This document shows positions 13,470-26,577 of a DNA stretch of 64,000 nucleotides, piece by piece. The notes under the pieces are model-generated. The model saw only the letters and a program-made list of their open reading frames with translations. It was not told the origin of the DNA and ran no database searches. Both the position numbers and the translations under genes were made by a program. Every line of letters begins with the position of its first letter. The stretch's first letter is position 1. The DNA is taken from positions 280,364,001 to 280,428,000 of the forward strand of contig OZ024741.1 of the NCBI GenBank assembly GCA_964016885.1, given 5' to 3'. Source of the stretch: Eledone cirrhosa (lineage: Eukaryota).

Positions 13470-13615
13470 TCTCTTCTGAGTATCGAGCATCACTTGGTAT
13501 CGATGCTTCCCAGATGGGCATCAATACGTGAAGCGATAGTTAAATTTGAGCAGGTGGTTGGTCCACTCCTTCTCAAGCCTTGACTTTAAAATGTTGACTG
13601 AGGGTGTTTCAACTG
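13470..13615 (-). mobile_element. CR1/L2-like LINE 3' end fragment
   Basis: Minus strand encodes VETPSVNILKSRLEKEWTNHLLKFNYRF, resembling a CR1-type C-terminus. Confidence 0.5.
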
Positions 13616-15454
13616 TTTCTTACTGTTATGTTCGTTTTACTTTGGTTGTAACTCCTATAACTTGCATTCTACCGGATTTCCTCAAACAACCCTACCCTTC
13701 TTCTTCCACTCATTCATGGGAGAAGTGTTCCTCAAGCACACATTCCAAAGGGTCCTGTCAGTAGCAACTGATACACACAGATCCTCAAGCGAGAGCAGCC
13801 AAGTTCATGGATGTTATCCATATATAATGGAATACTCCTATATTTTACCGGCGAAGATTTGAAACTGAATCTGAGGTTTCTCGCATCTGAGACCACCTAT
13901 TATAGGAGATTTCCCACCATTGTCCTGTCAAGTCAACGATGATAAATGTACATACCACTTGATCTCTGATCCCATCTTCTTGGGAGACAATATTCACATG
14001 GCTGATCATAAATCAACCTCATATACACATCCTTCTAACTATAGCACTATTATAAATACAAGGAGTTAAGGAATCTAAAGGCCAGAAAGACCGAAGCAAG
14101 CAGTCCGTGTTAATGTTAATGATGTAGCAGAACTTTCACTCTATCTCTCTCTCCTGGCCTTTACTGGTTGTCACCTTGTTGGCCACAGACACAGCCAGCC
14201 ATGCCTGCCTGACAGATTGACCACTACTACTATGACAATAATGTATTCTAAGAATAGACACACACACACACACACATAGTAAGTTCATATTGTTTACTTT
14301 CTACGCTCATTCTATTCTTCCTGTCATATTGTATCTGTAAGATACAACACAACTTTTACTATATCGTTTTCTGTGATACATGCATTTACGCTAACTCGTA
14401 GAAGTTAGTCAGCTACTTAATGTAGGAAAAATTCATGTCATAAATATTATTACTTAATGTTCAAAGTGAATATTGTTGTTATAAAATAACTGTTAACAAC
14501 TCACTCATGGCATTATTATTTTCATCGAAACAACCATACTAAGAATAACCAATTATCCGCTACACCTATCTTTTAATAAACTAAACATTTAGTTTCATGC
14601 CACCAACTTTTAATAAACTAAATATCAATTACATATTGGTGTTTATACTATTTTCATTTGATTATACTCTTTCACTTAATGTCAAACATGTATGATTAGG
14701 TGAACTAGTTGTAGCTCTTTCACATATGAAAGAACAGCTTTGAAGTTGTAAATCATTTACCCCTATATGATCGTTCTACCTGCGAGAAATAGCAGCCAAA
14801 TATCCCTCAAATTATTAAACCGGCCATCTTAGAAAGAGAGACACTGGACAATATGATACTAGAACCACACTATATATAGAAAAATTCCAGATGAGATGAT
14901 CACAGCCAGAATGTCTCTGGTCTTAAGCCTGCTCAATTTTTTCACTCAGCTGAACCTCCAAAGATGACTACACAAGCATTTGACCTGCTAAACATAACAA
15001 CCATATACCACTCAAATCGCAACCTACTGTCTTAGAAAAGAAGGACACACGGAATAATGTCATCCTGTGTGCACTGTGCCTGGGGAAAAAGACAGGATGG
15101 TTACAGCTGTATTGCCTTTCATAATAGGCTTGCTTATTTAAGGCTAAGGAAACGACATTGAAGTTAATGGTGCTTTCTATCACTATAAAAGATCAAATAT
15201 TTTAATCTAGTTAATAGGGTTATTAAAATAACATGTATTCTATATTATTGACTGTACAGGTGTTTAAAGCTGTTGAACCAGGTGGCACACAACAGTCAGA
15301 AGACTCTTTCACTGCAAAACTGATAACAGATCTACTTAAAAATAAATATATAATAATATTTTTTTTGTTTTTTTTTTCATAATAAGTCTTTACTTAGAAA
15401 TTTAAAAAAGTATAAAAATATCATTTTATCATAAATACAATAATTAATATCATA

Positions 15455-15957
15455 ACAGATGCACCCAAAACACAGCCACTCTTTATAAATACACTAGTTA
15501 GCAACAACAGATCTACTCCAGATACTGCCACTCTTTATAAATACAATAGTTAGCAACAACAGATCTATTCCAGATACTGCCACTCTTTATAAATACAATA
15601 ATTGGTAACAATAGAACTACTTCATAAATACAATAGTTAGTCACAAAAGATGTATCCCAGACATTGCCACTCTTTACAAATACAATAGTTAGCAACAACA
15701 GATGTGCTCCAGACACGGTCACTCTTTATAAATACGATAGTTAGCAGCATCAGATATGCTCCAGACACTGTCACTCTTTATAAATACAATAGTTAGTCAC
15801 AACAGATGTACTCCAGACATTGCCACTCTTTATAAATACGATAGTTAGCAACATCAGATATGCTCCAGACACTGTCACTCTTTATAAATACAATAGTTAG
15901 TCACAACAGATATACTCCAGACACTGCCACTCCTCATAAATTAGCAACAACAGATTT
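15455..15957. repeat. About 52-bp minisatellite, roughly 9 copies
   Basis: Unit cactctttataaatacaatagttagcaacaacagatntactccagacactgc. Confidence 0.9.
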
Positions 15958-16335
15958 ATTTTCTCATAATAGTCCCGTGAATGTTGCAAAGATTTCTCAG
16001 GATTAAATAATGGTTTGTAGCCTAAATACACAATTGTTTTGCCACTTTTAAAGTCCAGTGTCATGTTGATGTACTTGAAACAACAGCTGGGTGGATGTGC
16101 ATTGATTTTTACAGAGGGTGAGATAACTCTTATCCTGAGTCTGTCGCCAATGGTGATGGTGGTCGTGGTAGTGGTGGGGAGACATCCAGTGTATTCCTCA
16201 CCCTCACATTTCCCTATTGGCAAGAGGCTCAAGGGAAGGGCAACCATAGAAACAGATCCAAATGTAGAGGAGACCATAAGTTTGGGCCTACAATCATAAA
16301 AATAGTATTCAAAGATGGTTGTATTTGCTGGTTAC

Positions 16336-16486
16336 AGGTGTCATCAATATGTTGGTGATAGGTGCACCATCAATATGTTGGTGATAGGTGCACCATCAAT
16401 ATGTTGGTGATAGGTGCACCATCAATATGTTGGTGATAGATGCACCATCAATATGTTGGTGACAGGTGCACCATAAATATGTTGGT
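16336..16486. repeat. 26-bp minisatellite, about 6 copies
   Basis: Unit aggtgcaccatcaatatgttggtgat, containing the palindrome ggtgcacc. Confidence 0.9.
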
Positions 16487-16714
16487 TAAGAGGTGTGTCA
16501 TCCAGTACAAAGAAGCAATGAATGACTCCCCACTTAACTTCTCAGTTTGTTGTTGTAGAGAGCCTGAGTTGCAAATAGAAATAAATACCCAGGTCACATT
16601 ACTAATGTGAGATACCAGAAAATGAATTTACCATTACCAAAACTCTCTGTTCACATGTATGTGACATTTGGACAGTGAAGTAATGTACCAGCATTGACAG
16701 ATTTAATAATAATG

Positions 16715-17432
16715 AGGGTTTCTGATTTAGGCACAAGATCAACAGTTTTGTGGGAGAGGAAAGTTGATTAAATCAACTCCAGTGCATTACTGGTACTTTA
16801 TTCTATTGACCCCACAAGGATGAAAGGCAAAACTAAACTTTGCAGGATTTGAACTCAGAATGTAAAGGGTCGTAACTAAATAATGAAAAACATTACTACC
16901 CTTATAATGCTGGTAATGATTATGATAATAATTATGGTAGGGTCAATTATGATAATTGTTTCTACTGTAGGCACAAGGCCAGCAATTGTTCCAGTGCATT
17001 ACTGGTACGTTATTTTATCAACCCCGTAAGGATGAAAGGCAAAGTGAACCTCGGTGAGATTTGAACTCAGAACGTAAAGGGCCATAACTCTATGCTGCAA
17101 AGCATGGCGTCCGACCCGACTGCTACTGCCAATCCACCGCCTATAATAATAATTGTTTCTACTTTTGGCACAAGGCCAGCAATTACCCAGTGTATTACTG
17201 GTACTTTATTTTATCAACCCCATAAGGATGAAAGGCAAAGTTAACCTCGGCGGGATTTGATTATTATTATTATTATTATTTATAATAATAATAATTGTTT
17301 CTACTTTAGGCACAAGGCCAGCAAATTCCCCATTACTGGTACTTTATTTTATCGACCCCGTAAGGATGAAAGGCAAAGTCAACCTCGGCGGGATTTGAAC
17401 TCAGATCGTAAAGGGACGTAACTATGCTGGAA
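16715..17432 (-). mobile_element. Four tandem Meta-domain-like tRNA SINE copies (full copy at 16953-17141)
   Basis: Repeated aattgtttctact...ggcacaaggccagc...gtaaggatgaaaggcaaag...gatttgaactcag, separated by (AAT)n. Confidence 0.85.
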
Positions 17433-17439
17433 AGTTATA

Positions 17440-17657
17440 ATAATGAAATTGTTGTGTACAGTGCTCAGGTGCACTACAGCTCATCAAATGTGTAGGTATA
17501 GTACATAGAATAATGTACAAATGTCAGGAAAGTGTACAGTGTATGAGTCATGATATACATGTGTGCATGTGTATGGAGGGGAGGATATCAGGTGTAGTTT
17601 TGGCGAATTTCAGGAAGCATTGAAGTTTTGAAGGATGCAGTGTCTTGGTAGCTAGCG
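17440..17657 (-). mobile_element. CR1/L2-like LINE 3' end
   Basis: Reverse complement of 36130-36322. Confidence 0.65.
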
Positions 17658-17975
17658 TAGGGCAATGCCGTTCCTAAGTCCATTAGTTCAAAACCTTCTT
17701 AGCTTCATTGTTAAAATGTAATGTTGGCAATAGGGACGTGTTGACCATGCACTTTGCAGTAAAGCACAAAGGATTATGGGAGTACCGATTATACTTTCAA
17801 TGCTGGATTAAAAAAAACAAACAGTTCAATAAACAAGTGCTACTAGTTCTTGTAAATTTCACATATGACACCTTGCCATCAAATTTGAATCAAATAACAT
17901 TGACAGAATTATCTGTAGATCTACGGTCTTTTAATGTCGCTCATAATGAAATACCATTAATGTTAAGGGCAGTGG

Positions 17976-18358
17976 GTTGGCAGTATCTGTAGAGCATCGG
18001 AAAATATGCCGAGCATCATAGAGTTACGAACCTTTACGTTCTGAGTTCAAAGGTTAACTTTGCCTTTCATCCTTACGAGGTCGATAAAATAAAGTACCAG
18101 TCACGCACTAGGGTCGATTTAATCGACTTTCCCCTTCCTCAAATTACTGGCGTTGTGCCTATACTAGAAATCATTAATGTTATTGGCAGTATCGGTAGAG
18201 TCGGACGCCATGCTTTCCAGCATAGTTACGTCCCTTTACGGACTGAGTTCAAATCCCGCCGAGGTTCACTTTGCCTTTCATCCTTACGGGGTCGATAAAA
18301 TAAAGTACCAGTAATGTACTGTTTAATTGCTGGCCTTGTGCCAAAAAAGTAGAAACAA
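17976..18358 (+). mobile_element. Two tandem Meta-domain-like tRNA SINEs
   Basis: A-box tggcagtatcggtag, B-box gagttcaaatc, central domain, 3' end gtagaaacaat. Confidence 0.85.
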
Positions 18359-18818
18359 TGTTAATGATAAGTGTCAAAGACCAGGGAGAGAACTCTGAAA
18401 TCCAAATTGAATGATTGTGACTACGATGGTATGGTAATAACTTTGGACATGTTTTACTATTATTAGATTTCATCAGCGAAACATAGTCTTACACTCATTA
18501 CCACACTTACAAACACTAATAATTTTTCTTTTTCTTTAACCGATGATTTTTGTGGGGAGGGGAGCTATGTTAAATATATTAGCCTATATTTTTCGAAAAA
18601 TAGACATTCCTTGGAAATTTTCCCATTGTGATATCACGAAATGGGGGAATGATTTTTCTTTTCCAGTTGAAATTTTAATTGATATTTTTTTTTTTTGTTT
18701 TTTTTCTTTTCTTTTGTTCCTTACATTACTATTTCTTTCTGTATAAAAGTGTAAGGGAGATAATTCTTTATTTCTTTAAACAAACAAAATAATTATTTTG
18801 GAATTGTATTTGTCTAGC

Positions 18819-18963
18819 ACAGTCATCGGCAAACTACGACCTGTTTGGCTTTCTGAATGGCACGTGTAATTTCAAAATTGCCCTGAATTTCTTTAGTAGT
18901 GCGGCCCACTTTATGAGCCACATCCTTTACTGTGTACTGCTTGAAAAAGGTTGTCCATGCCTG
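18819..18963. mobile_element. Degenerate hAT-like MITE
   Basis: Ends cagtcatcggcaaactacg and aaaggttgtccatgcctg resemble hAT/Charlie termini. No clear TSD. Confidence 0.35.
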
Positions 18964-19159
18964 AAACTATAGCCCCACATCTAGAGCTCCACATCACCAT
19001 TGCACCCAGTATCGGAGTTGATGGCTGTAAGGCATTGAAATATCATTCTATGGGTCTTTATGGATTGTCATATTCACTAAATGCATCCTCATTTCATTCT
19101 GACAATTTTTCCATTTTTACTTTTTCATGTTTATATTTCATTCTATTCTATATTAACTT

Positions 19160-19422
19160 TAGTATTATAACTATTACTACTATTATTGTCACCACCACTA
19201 CTACTATTAATATAACCATTACTACTATTATTATCATCACTACTACTACTATTATTATAACCACTACTACTATTATTATTATCACCACTACTACCACCAC
19301 CACTACTATTATTATCCCCATTACCACTACTATAATTATCACCACTACTACTAATATTATCACCATTACCACTACTATTATTAACACCATTACCAATATT
19401 ATTATTATTATTATCACCATCA
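19160..19422. repeat. Compound (ACT/ATT/ACC)n trinucleotide repeat
   Basis: Directly visible; it explains the I/T-rich spurious ORFs. Confidence 0.9.
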
Positions 19423-19829
19423 CTAGAAGCACATTTAGCTGGACATACTAGAAGCACATTTAGCTGGACATCAATACCACATTCTTATTTATTCTTACTG
19501 TTCAATTTAACAACTGATATCCACTCAGTTTATTTACCACCATCATCATCTTATACACCATCTCTACTGTTTTCTTATCATTATCATCATCATCATCATC
19601 ATTTTCAGTCATTTATTCACTAGAAGTTTATTGAGCTGGTCACCATACTCCAAATTGTTATTATTATTTTTTTTTCAATTAATTGCTATACACTCACTTA
19701 CCCATTTATTTTATTTTATTTATTATCATTATCATCTGATATCCCATCACTATCTCCTGCTTCTGATCATCATCATCATCTTAAACACCATCAATTCATT
19801 AGAACTTTCCTTAACATCTTCATTGTTCA

Positions 19830-20230
19830 CCTAATCCCAAGAGGGTCATGGAGAAGAGTCATCAAACACTCCTTCCAGTGGGTCCTGTCAGAAGCAACCA
19901 TCTCCATTTGATCTGGTTGATCTCCAAATGAGACCAGCCAAGCTCATGGATGTTATCCAACGATCTTGCTTGGGGTATACCCCTGGGTCTCTTGGTGGTT
20001 GGCTTTGTCCATAAAATCTGTCAAGCAATTCTTTCCTGAGACATTCCAACCACATGCTCGTAACATCAGAGCTGTGATCTCTCAATTCGGAAAAGTATCA
20101 GCTCTACCTGGAGTGACTCTCTGATCTTCAAGCTTCAAATTATTCTTTCCTGAGACATTCTAATCACATGTCTGTAATATCAGAGCTGTGATCTCTCAGT
20201 TCTGAGTAGTGGCTCCATATGGAGCGACTT
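19830..20230 (-). mobile_element. Decayed RTE-type LINE 3' end with an internal duplication; relative at about 13690-14000
   Basis: Minus-strand peptide AWLVSFGDQPDQMEMVASDRTHWKECL. The motif aagytcatggatgttatcca is shared by both copies. 20027-20120 is repeated at 20141-20230. Confidence 0.5.
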
Positions 20231-20637
20231 CACTAGAAATTTTTTTAACATCATCATCATAAATGCCATCAATTCACTAGAAGTTCATTCAGATGATCAA
20301 TTACTATTTACATTATCTCTGTTGGTGCTTCTCTACCATTCATCACCCTCAAACCTTTATTATAGGTTTTTCCACTATTTTTCCCCTCCTTTCTCTGCTT
20401 CTTTCTTTTTATTTTATTTTTCTCTCCTTTATTACTCTTTTACCTGTTCCAGCCATCAAGCTGGGGCCATGCACCGCCCTTGATATTGTATATATTTACA
20501 TACTTATTGTTACAGTTTTGGTTAAACACTCTGTATTTATACAGATATAACTTTATCATGCACTTCGATTGCTAGTGCACTTCTTAATCTCTCTCTCTCT
20601 CTCTTTATATACATACACACACACACACACACATATA

Positions 20638-21887
20638 TCATCATCATCATCATCATCAACGTTTAACGTCCGTGTTCCACGCTTGCATGGGTTTGGACGG
20701 GGGTTTTCCCACTTGAGGCAAGAGTGATTGTCTTGCTCGCATAGGACTGTCTGGCAGGTTTTCTACAGTTGGATGCCCTTCCTAACACCAACCACATTTA
20801 CAGTGTGGGTCTGGGAGGTTTTTACCGTGTTGCCTACACGGCCACATTACAGCGTGGACTGTGTGTTTTTTGTCGTGACACCTACACGATCTCATTTGTT
20901 TCGGCCTGGATGGTGTGGCACCAACATAACTTTACATAGGAGGGGGTGGTGTGGATGGGGAGGGGGTGGTGGGACGGGGGTGTATTTTGTTAGAGATGCC
21001 TACTGGCTGTAGTAGGTTTTACTATGTATTTAGGTAAGGTGGGTCTTCTCTATTACTGAGTACCGCCAAAGGTCTCGGTCCAGTGACATTGTCTTGGAGA
21101 GGTGTAAGTGTGTGAGGTCGGAGTTTATCAGCTCGTCCCAGGATTTTCTAGGTCTACCTATTCCGTGGCTACCGTCTATCTTTATTGCCCTGCACTTTGT
21201 TATACAGCTATCGACTTGCATGCGCATCACGTGTCCATACCAACGTAGCCTTCTCTCGAGTAAACAACATCTGATCCCTCTTATTTCTAATTTTTTCCTT
21301 AGTTCGTTTATGCTTTGCCGTTCACGTATATTACTATTACACATCCAGCGGAGCATGCAAGCTTCATTCCTCTCTAGTCTGCGTATATCCTCTGCACACA
21401 ATGCCCAGGTCTCACTGCCATGCAACATTGCTGTTCGTATGCAGGCATCATACAACCTGCCTTTCATTTTTAGGGAGAACCCTTTAGCGGCTAATAGTGG
21501 TATAAGCTCTCTGAACTTTTTCCATCCAGTTCTGACTCTAGCTACTGTACTTTCAGAGCACCCTCCCCCACTGCTGATTTTGTCACCCAGGTAACGGAAG
21601 CTGTCCACTATTTCTATAGAGCCCTCTGCGCAGTTGTAAGAGCTAGTATTCGGTGGGCACTTGCTGCTACTTATTGCACCAGAGCACCGCCCACATGTAA
21701 AATCTATGTTCTTGGTTAGCTTAGCTGTGATCCCACTACATCTTTTATGCACCCATACTTTGCATTTGGGACATAAAATGGAGTTTCTACCTACACCTTT
21801 CCTACACACTGAGCATGGCCATTTCCCGGTAGGGACCGCCGCCTTATTTTCTTTCCTACAAACTAGAACTTTAGTCTTAGCCAGGTT
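20638..21887 (-). mobile_element. 5'-truncated RTE-clade LINE (second subfamily): open frame with PHD finger and C-terminus, about 390-bp 3'UTR, (ATG)n tail
   Basis: ORF ends at 21030 and contains FRYLG, LERRLRWYGHVMR and GRPRKSW. (CAT)n starts at 20638. Confidence 0.92.
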
Positions 21888-22959
21888 ATATATATATATT
21901 AAAAATTTATATTCTGCTATGTATTGTGTACCTTACTTACTGTGGTTACCCCTGATTGGACCCGGTATACACACACATATAAATATATTTAGTTTAATGG
22001 TATGTAACTTTATATTATTATTGATTCACCAATTTGAACACTTGATGCATAAGTGGGCCAGCTTGACTATGTGGTATTGTATATTTGGTGTTTTACTATG
22101 GTGTTATACTTCATAAGCAGGAGTGTTAATCACACCTCGTTCCTACTCATAATAATTATTATTATTGTTATTATTATATACATATATATAATTTTATTAG
22201 GGCCGAGCCAGAGTCCTGTTACTCTGGACTTTTTCCTTTGTGTTTACATTGTCATCACAACACACACACACATTATGTGTTTATTTTATATTTTCTCCTG
22301 GGAACCTGTCAACGAGAAAGTCTCTACGAAATCGAACCGACAAAAAATAGCAACTAATTTCCGTCAAACTATATCGTTATATGGGAGGGGGCTGTGCATC
22401 CCATTTTTTAGTGGTGGTTCATGGAGCAAAAAAGATTAAGAACCATCGTTTTATTCTTTTAAAAAAGAAAGAACATATTGGACAATGTAGTCCTAGGTTA
22501 TACAAAAAGGTGTGGTGGTCACGTTTGCAATGTTTTTTTTTATATTTTTTTTATAGACTCGTTTAAGGCTGACTTGAGGCTCAGCAACAACTATACTATC
22601 ACTACTTTCTCGATTATATCATAAATATCGACTGCTAGTAACAATTTCATCTATTTATGATATATTACTAATACAGTCACGTCGCCGAAGAGTGGGTCTT
22701 ATGGATTTGCTCGTTCCATATGGCAGGCATAGACGCTGCCAGTTTGCATTAGGTCTTCTTTTAATTGCAGTTAGGTTTGGTAAAAAATCAGTCTTCTTTT
22801 TTTTTCTCTTTTTTATCTGTGACAAGAAACGTCAAATCCCAGTTCTCCAGGGAGCGCGTGCACTTTTACGAATATTAAAAAAGTATTTTTATGTTTATTT
22901 TTTTGCCGGCACTGACTGTCACAATTTTTTCTTCTCACTTTTCATTCATAAACATAAAC

Positions 22960-23406
22960 ATAAATTGTCGGAAGTTACCTCCCTTGTATTTATTTATTTA
23001 TTTATTAAACTAATCTGTGTTAGATCACGTGACCAATAAGGTAGCCATTTTGTATTGGTTTAGTTAGTTGCCTTCCACCCCCAATTCACTTATCTACTCT
23101 TCCTTCTACAAAACCTCTACCTACACACAGTTACACCCACATAAACACACGATTGATACACCCCTCCCTTTCATTACATTTCAGTTCACTATCTCTACTC
23201 TCTGATGTCATCCTCACATTCAGTGCGAATTTTATTATTATTTTTTTTTTCGTCTTGTGCGAAAGTTATAACTGCATTTCTTTCAGCTAATTGATAGACA
23301 GACGTGTAAACACAACAACTGAAGACGAATCAAACCACAAACAAAGGGATATTTACCTACGGGGTACTGCTATCGGTGCAGTACCTTAACTTTTCTCATC
23401 CTAGAG
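22960..23406 (+). promoter_or_regulatory. Candidate Pol II promoter and non-coding first exon
   Basis: CGGAAGT 22969, TCACGTGA 23025, CCAAT 23033, ATTGG 23054, YY1-like GCCATTTTG 23044, TGATGTCA 23203, TCAGT initiators at 23181 and 23220, donor GAG|GTAGGT at 23406. CpG is locally retained. Confidence 0.35.
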
Positions 23407-23800
23407 GTAGGTGAACTAATAAATGACAATAACAGTTAATAATAATAATAATAATGATTTCATTTATTGGCCACAAGGGCCGACATGTAGAGGACAAATA
23501 ATAATAATGCTATTCTGTGTCAACGTTGCTCTATGAGACAACATGTAATGTAAACAGCACTGCACACACGCACTTAACCTGTCAGTTCGATATATTATAG
23601 ACAATATTGTGTTCACTAATATCATTCTAATCCATCAATCGTAACCTGTTTTCTATCAATTCTTAATGACAAATTCCTTCCCATTGAAAATTGTAGCTAA
23701 ACAAAAGCTTTATATATATATAATTTAACGAAGCTAATCGTGTATAATCGGTATAGCTCCAGCTGCTATCGATATAGATATATGTGTGTGTATGTGTATT

Positions 23801-24000
23801 TTAAAAAAAATGACTCCTACATGACTAGTTCTGTCTCCTTTATTAAGAATTTATCTCTGACCAATTCTTAATAAAGGAGACTAGACTAGTCCTGTAAGAG
23901 ACACTTTTTAATAAATTAATATACCTCTATACTTGATGTATTGAGTACCTTGCTTTAATCGTGGTTCCTTTCCATTCTTAACGGAACACCTTACAACGAA
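23801..24000 (+). mobile_element. Penelope-like terminal remnant with inverted repeat, ending in (TA)n
   Basis: Perfect 19-bp inverted repeat 23833-23851/23863-23881 within longer imperfect arms. Shares ctagtcctgta and GTATTGAGTACCT (23938-23950) with the 11430 element. Confidence 0.55.
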
Positions 24001-24022
24001 TATATATATATATATTTAACAC

Positions 24023-24057
<35 letters not shown>

Positions 24058-24351
24058 ACCCGGCTGCATGAACATATGTAAACAAATGGCATTGGAATTT
24101 TCATGAAAATCTCAAACGTTATTATGACATACGTGTATACATACATGTACATATTTGACGGTGTTTATATTTTATGAAAAGTCCAGTATTGAACTGTTTC
24201 TTAATCTGGGAAATATTGGTGGAGTAGCGCTATCTATCTGTGTGAACGACCAGCTAAACAGCTAAAACATTCAAGCTAGTCTGTGTTTAGGCTTAACAGT
24301 TATATATATATATATATATATACCAGCGAGTCGATATTGTATATTGATTTA

Positions 24352-24356
<5 letters not shown>

Positions 24357-24419
<63 letters not shown>

Positions 24420-24432
24420 CATATATATATAA
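24357..24432. repeat. (CA)n/(TA)n microsatellite
   Basis: Directly visible. Confidence 0.95.
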
Positions 24433-25318
24433 ACATGTATGTATGTATGCATTGATTCAGTCCATTTATTCTTGTCTATGTTCATTTTCATTTGTCTGAT
24501 TTACGTTGTTTTTGGGGGAAGGTAGCCCTGCCTTTGGGTAGACGATTACTGTTTATATGAATCCTGGAAAAATCACAAAAGATCTTACAGGAAATCTTCT
24601 ATAATATATAATCTTTTTTCTTTCATTGTTTATTTAGGATATTTATTGACAAACGTGTAATACCTATGTATTGTATTGTCAGTTAACAAAAGAATTGAAA
24701 TATTATTTGTTTAATTACTTTACCAGTTATTTATCGTATATAAACAAGATGTGATATTTTTTTCTTGTGATTTATTTTCCCCTTGGCTAAAATTGTGACA
24801 TTATTTTCGTAGTTGATCGAATAAAGTATGATATGGGCGTTTTCTAAACGTAGCCATCCTTGTGTTTTCAAAAAATTTGTTACTTAAAATATTTAGGTCC
24901 CGTTTTAAAAACGGTGGAGTATTTTATGAAAGGAATTGGTGGCTATATTGAACAGGTGTTGAGAGTACAGAGAAATTCCCTCCCCGATTCGTCTCAACTG
25001 TTTAATGTCGTGTATATATATATAAAATAAAATAAAAGCCATCCGACGCAGGTTGAAGGTGAAGAAATCTATTCGAACTATATTTAGGAATGTCAACACA
25101 CAACATTCGTGATCTATCAAGCAGTAAAAAGATCTTGTCTGTTTTAAGGGGGAATATTTCTTTTATACGAATAGTACTGTACTTTTATACCTCACATCAT
25201 TATATGTACATATTTGTATATTTAAGTGACACATACGTAGCTATGTTTTCACGTATGGCTGTGCTGCCATGTATGTTTATGCATTATGTACACAATTACC
25301 TACATATGCTACGCACAT

Positions 25319-25350
<32 letters not shown>

Positions 25351-25539
25351 GTGTTAAGTATTTCCGTAGAAAAGGCAAAGGAAAGAAGAGTGCTCCATGT
25401 ATTGTACAGAGCTATTTAATTACATAATAAACAACACAATATAATTATTCCATTTCCAAAGGTTTCAAGACACTAGACGATTCTTACAGAAATGTCCAGC
25501 AGCCCATTCATCAGATTATATATATATATATAATATACA

Positions 25540-25909
25540 CCCCAACCCACTACCCCTACTCCATCTTCCCACTCCCAGCAACACCACCCTTTCTCTGTAA
25601 AGTTATGTTGGTACCACAGAACATCCAGTCTAAACTAAAGAGGTCGTGTAGGTGTCATGACAAAAGCACCCAGTCCACGCTATAAAGTGGTCGTGTAGGA
25701 GACACGGTAAAATGGCTCCTAGTCCACACTGTAAATGTGGTTGGTGTTAGGAAGGGCATCCATCCGTAGAAAACCTGCCAGATACAGTCCTATACGAGCG
25801 AGACACGGCAACCCGATCATTCTTGCCTCAAGTGGGACAATTCCCGTCTAACCCATGCTAGCGTGGAAGATAGACGTTGAACGAAGACAATGATGATGAT
25901 GATGATGAT
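25540..25909 (+). mobile_element. RTE 3'UTR-only copy; relatives at 26952-27148 (-), 34554-34920 (-), 44388-44720 (-)
   Basis: Matches 20638-21029 (gtgttaggaagggcatcca...acccatgctagcgtggaa...(ATG)n). Confidence 0.75.
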
Positions 25910-26123
25910 ATAAACACACATACGCACACATATAACATATTGAGATGATTTAAATAGATTTAAATCATTTAATAACCTTACAAATGTTTCAATACAAATA
26001 ATTTAACCAATAGCTGATATAACAATAAAGGAAAAAAAGGGAAAAGTATATAACAAAATATCATCAAATATTGTACATCTTCAGAGGCAATATAAATTAT
26101 AAAAACAATGTGTGTGTATCTAT

Positions 26124-26163
<40 letters not shown>

Positions 26164-26293
26164 GTAAAAGTTCTATTTAAATTGTTGGGATACAACAAGC
26201 AAATATTTTTATAACTGATATAAAGCACTCAACAAGTATTTGAAGTAAACATACGATATTAACAAATGGAAACTATATTTATAAAACTATATT

Positions 26294-26358
26294 TATTTCA
26301 TTATACATATTTCAAGGACACCAAGTTAAATTATGGTGTGCTTTCATCAGATAAAATA
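26294..26358 (-). ncRNA. Identical hammerhead motif on the minus strand (left arm)
   Basis: Exact reverse complement of 26513-26577. Confidence 0.8.
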
Positions 26359-26512
26359 TAATATAGAGCAGTTTTATAAATAAATATTGACATACCCTTA
26401 AAGAATGCAACCGTTACTGTTGGAAGCTCCCGGGAGCTCCGGACCTTCCAACAGTAACGGTTGCATTCTTTAAGGGTATGTCAATATTTATTTATAAAAC
26501 TGCTCTATATTA

Positions 26513-26577
26513 TATTTTATCTGATGAAAGCACACCATAATTTAACTTGGTGTCCTTGAAATATGTATAATGAAATA
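26513..26577 (+). ncRNA. Type I minimal hammerhead ribozyme motif (core intact)
   Basis: Stem I UAUUUUAU/AUGAAAUA; CUGAUGA 26521-26527; stem II AAG-C-ACACCA/UGGUGU-C-CUU; GAAA 26558-26561; U-AUGU-A; AUA triplet with the predicted cut after 26569. Confidence 0.8.

Noticed and set aside
15897-16299. 126-aa minus-strand and 86-aa plus-strand ORFs between two minisatellites
   Set aside because: No recognisable domain or consistent splice sites, and the minus ORF ends inside the repeat. A BLASTX hit would change this.
18951-19457. Mucin-like I/T-rich and N/S-rich ORFs
   Set aside because: Trinucleotide-repeat artefacts.
26421-26450. Parvovirus/AAV-like T-shaped terminal repeat as the origin of the large palindrome
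   Set aside because: No NS/Rep or capsid remnant nearby. The hammerheads and (TA)n flanks fit a Penelope-like origin better.
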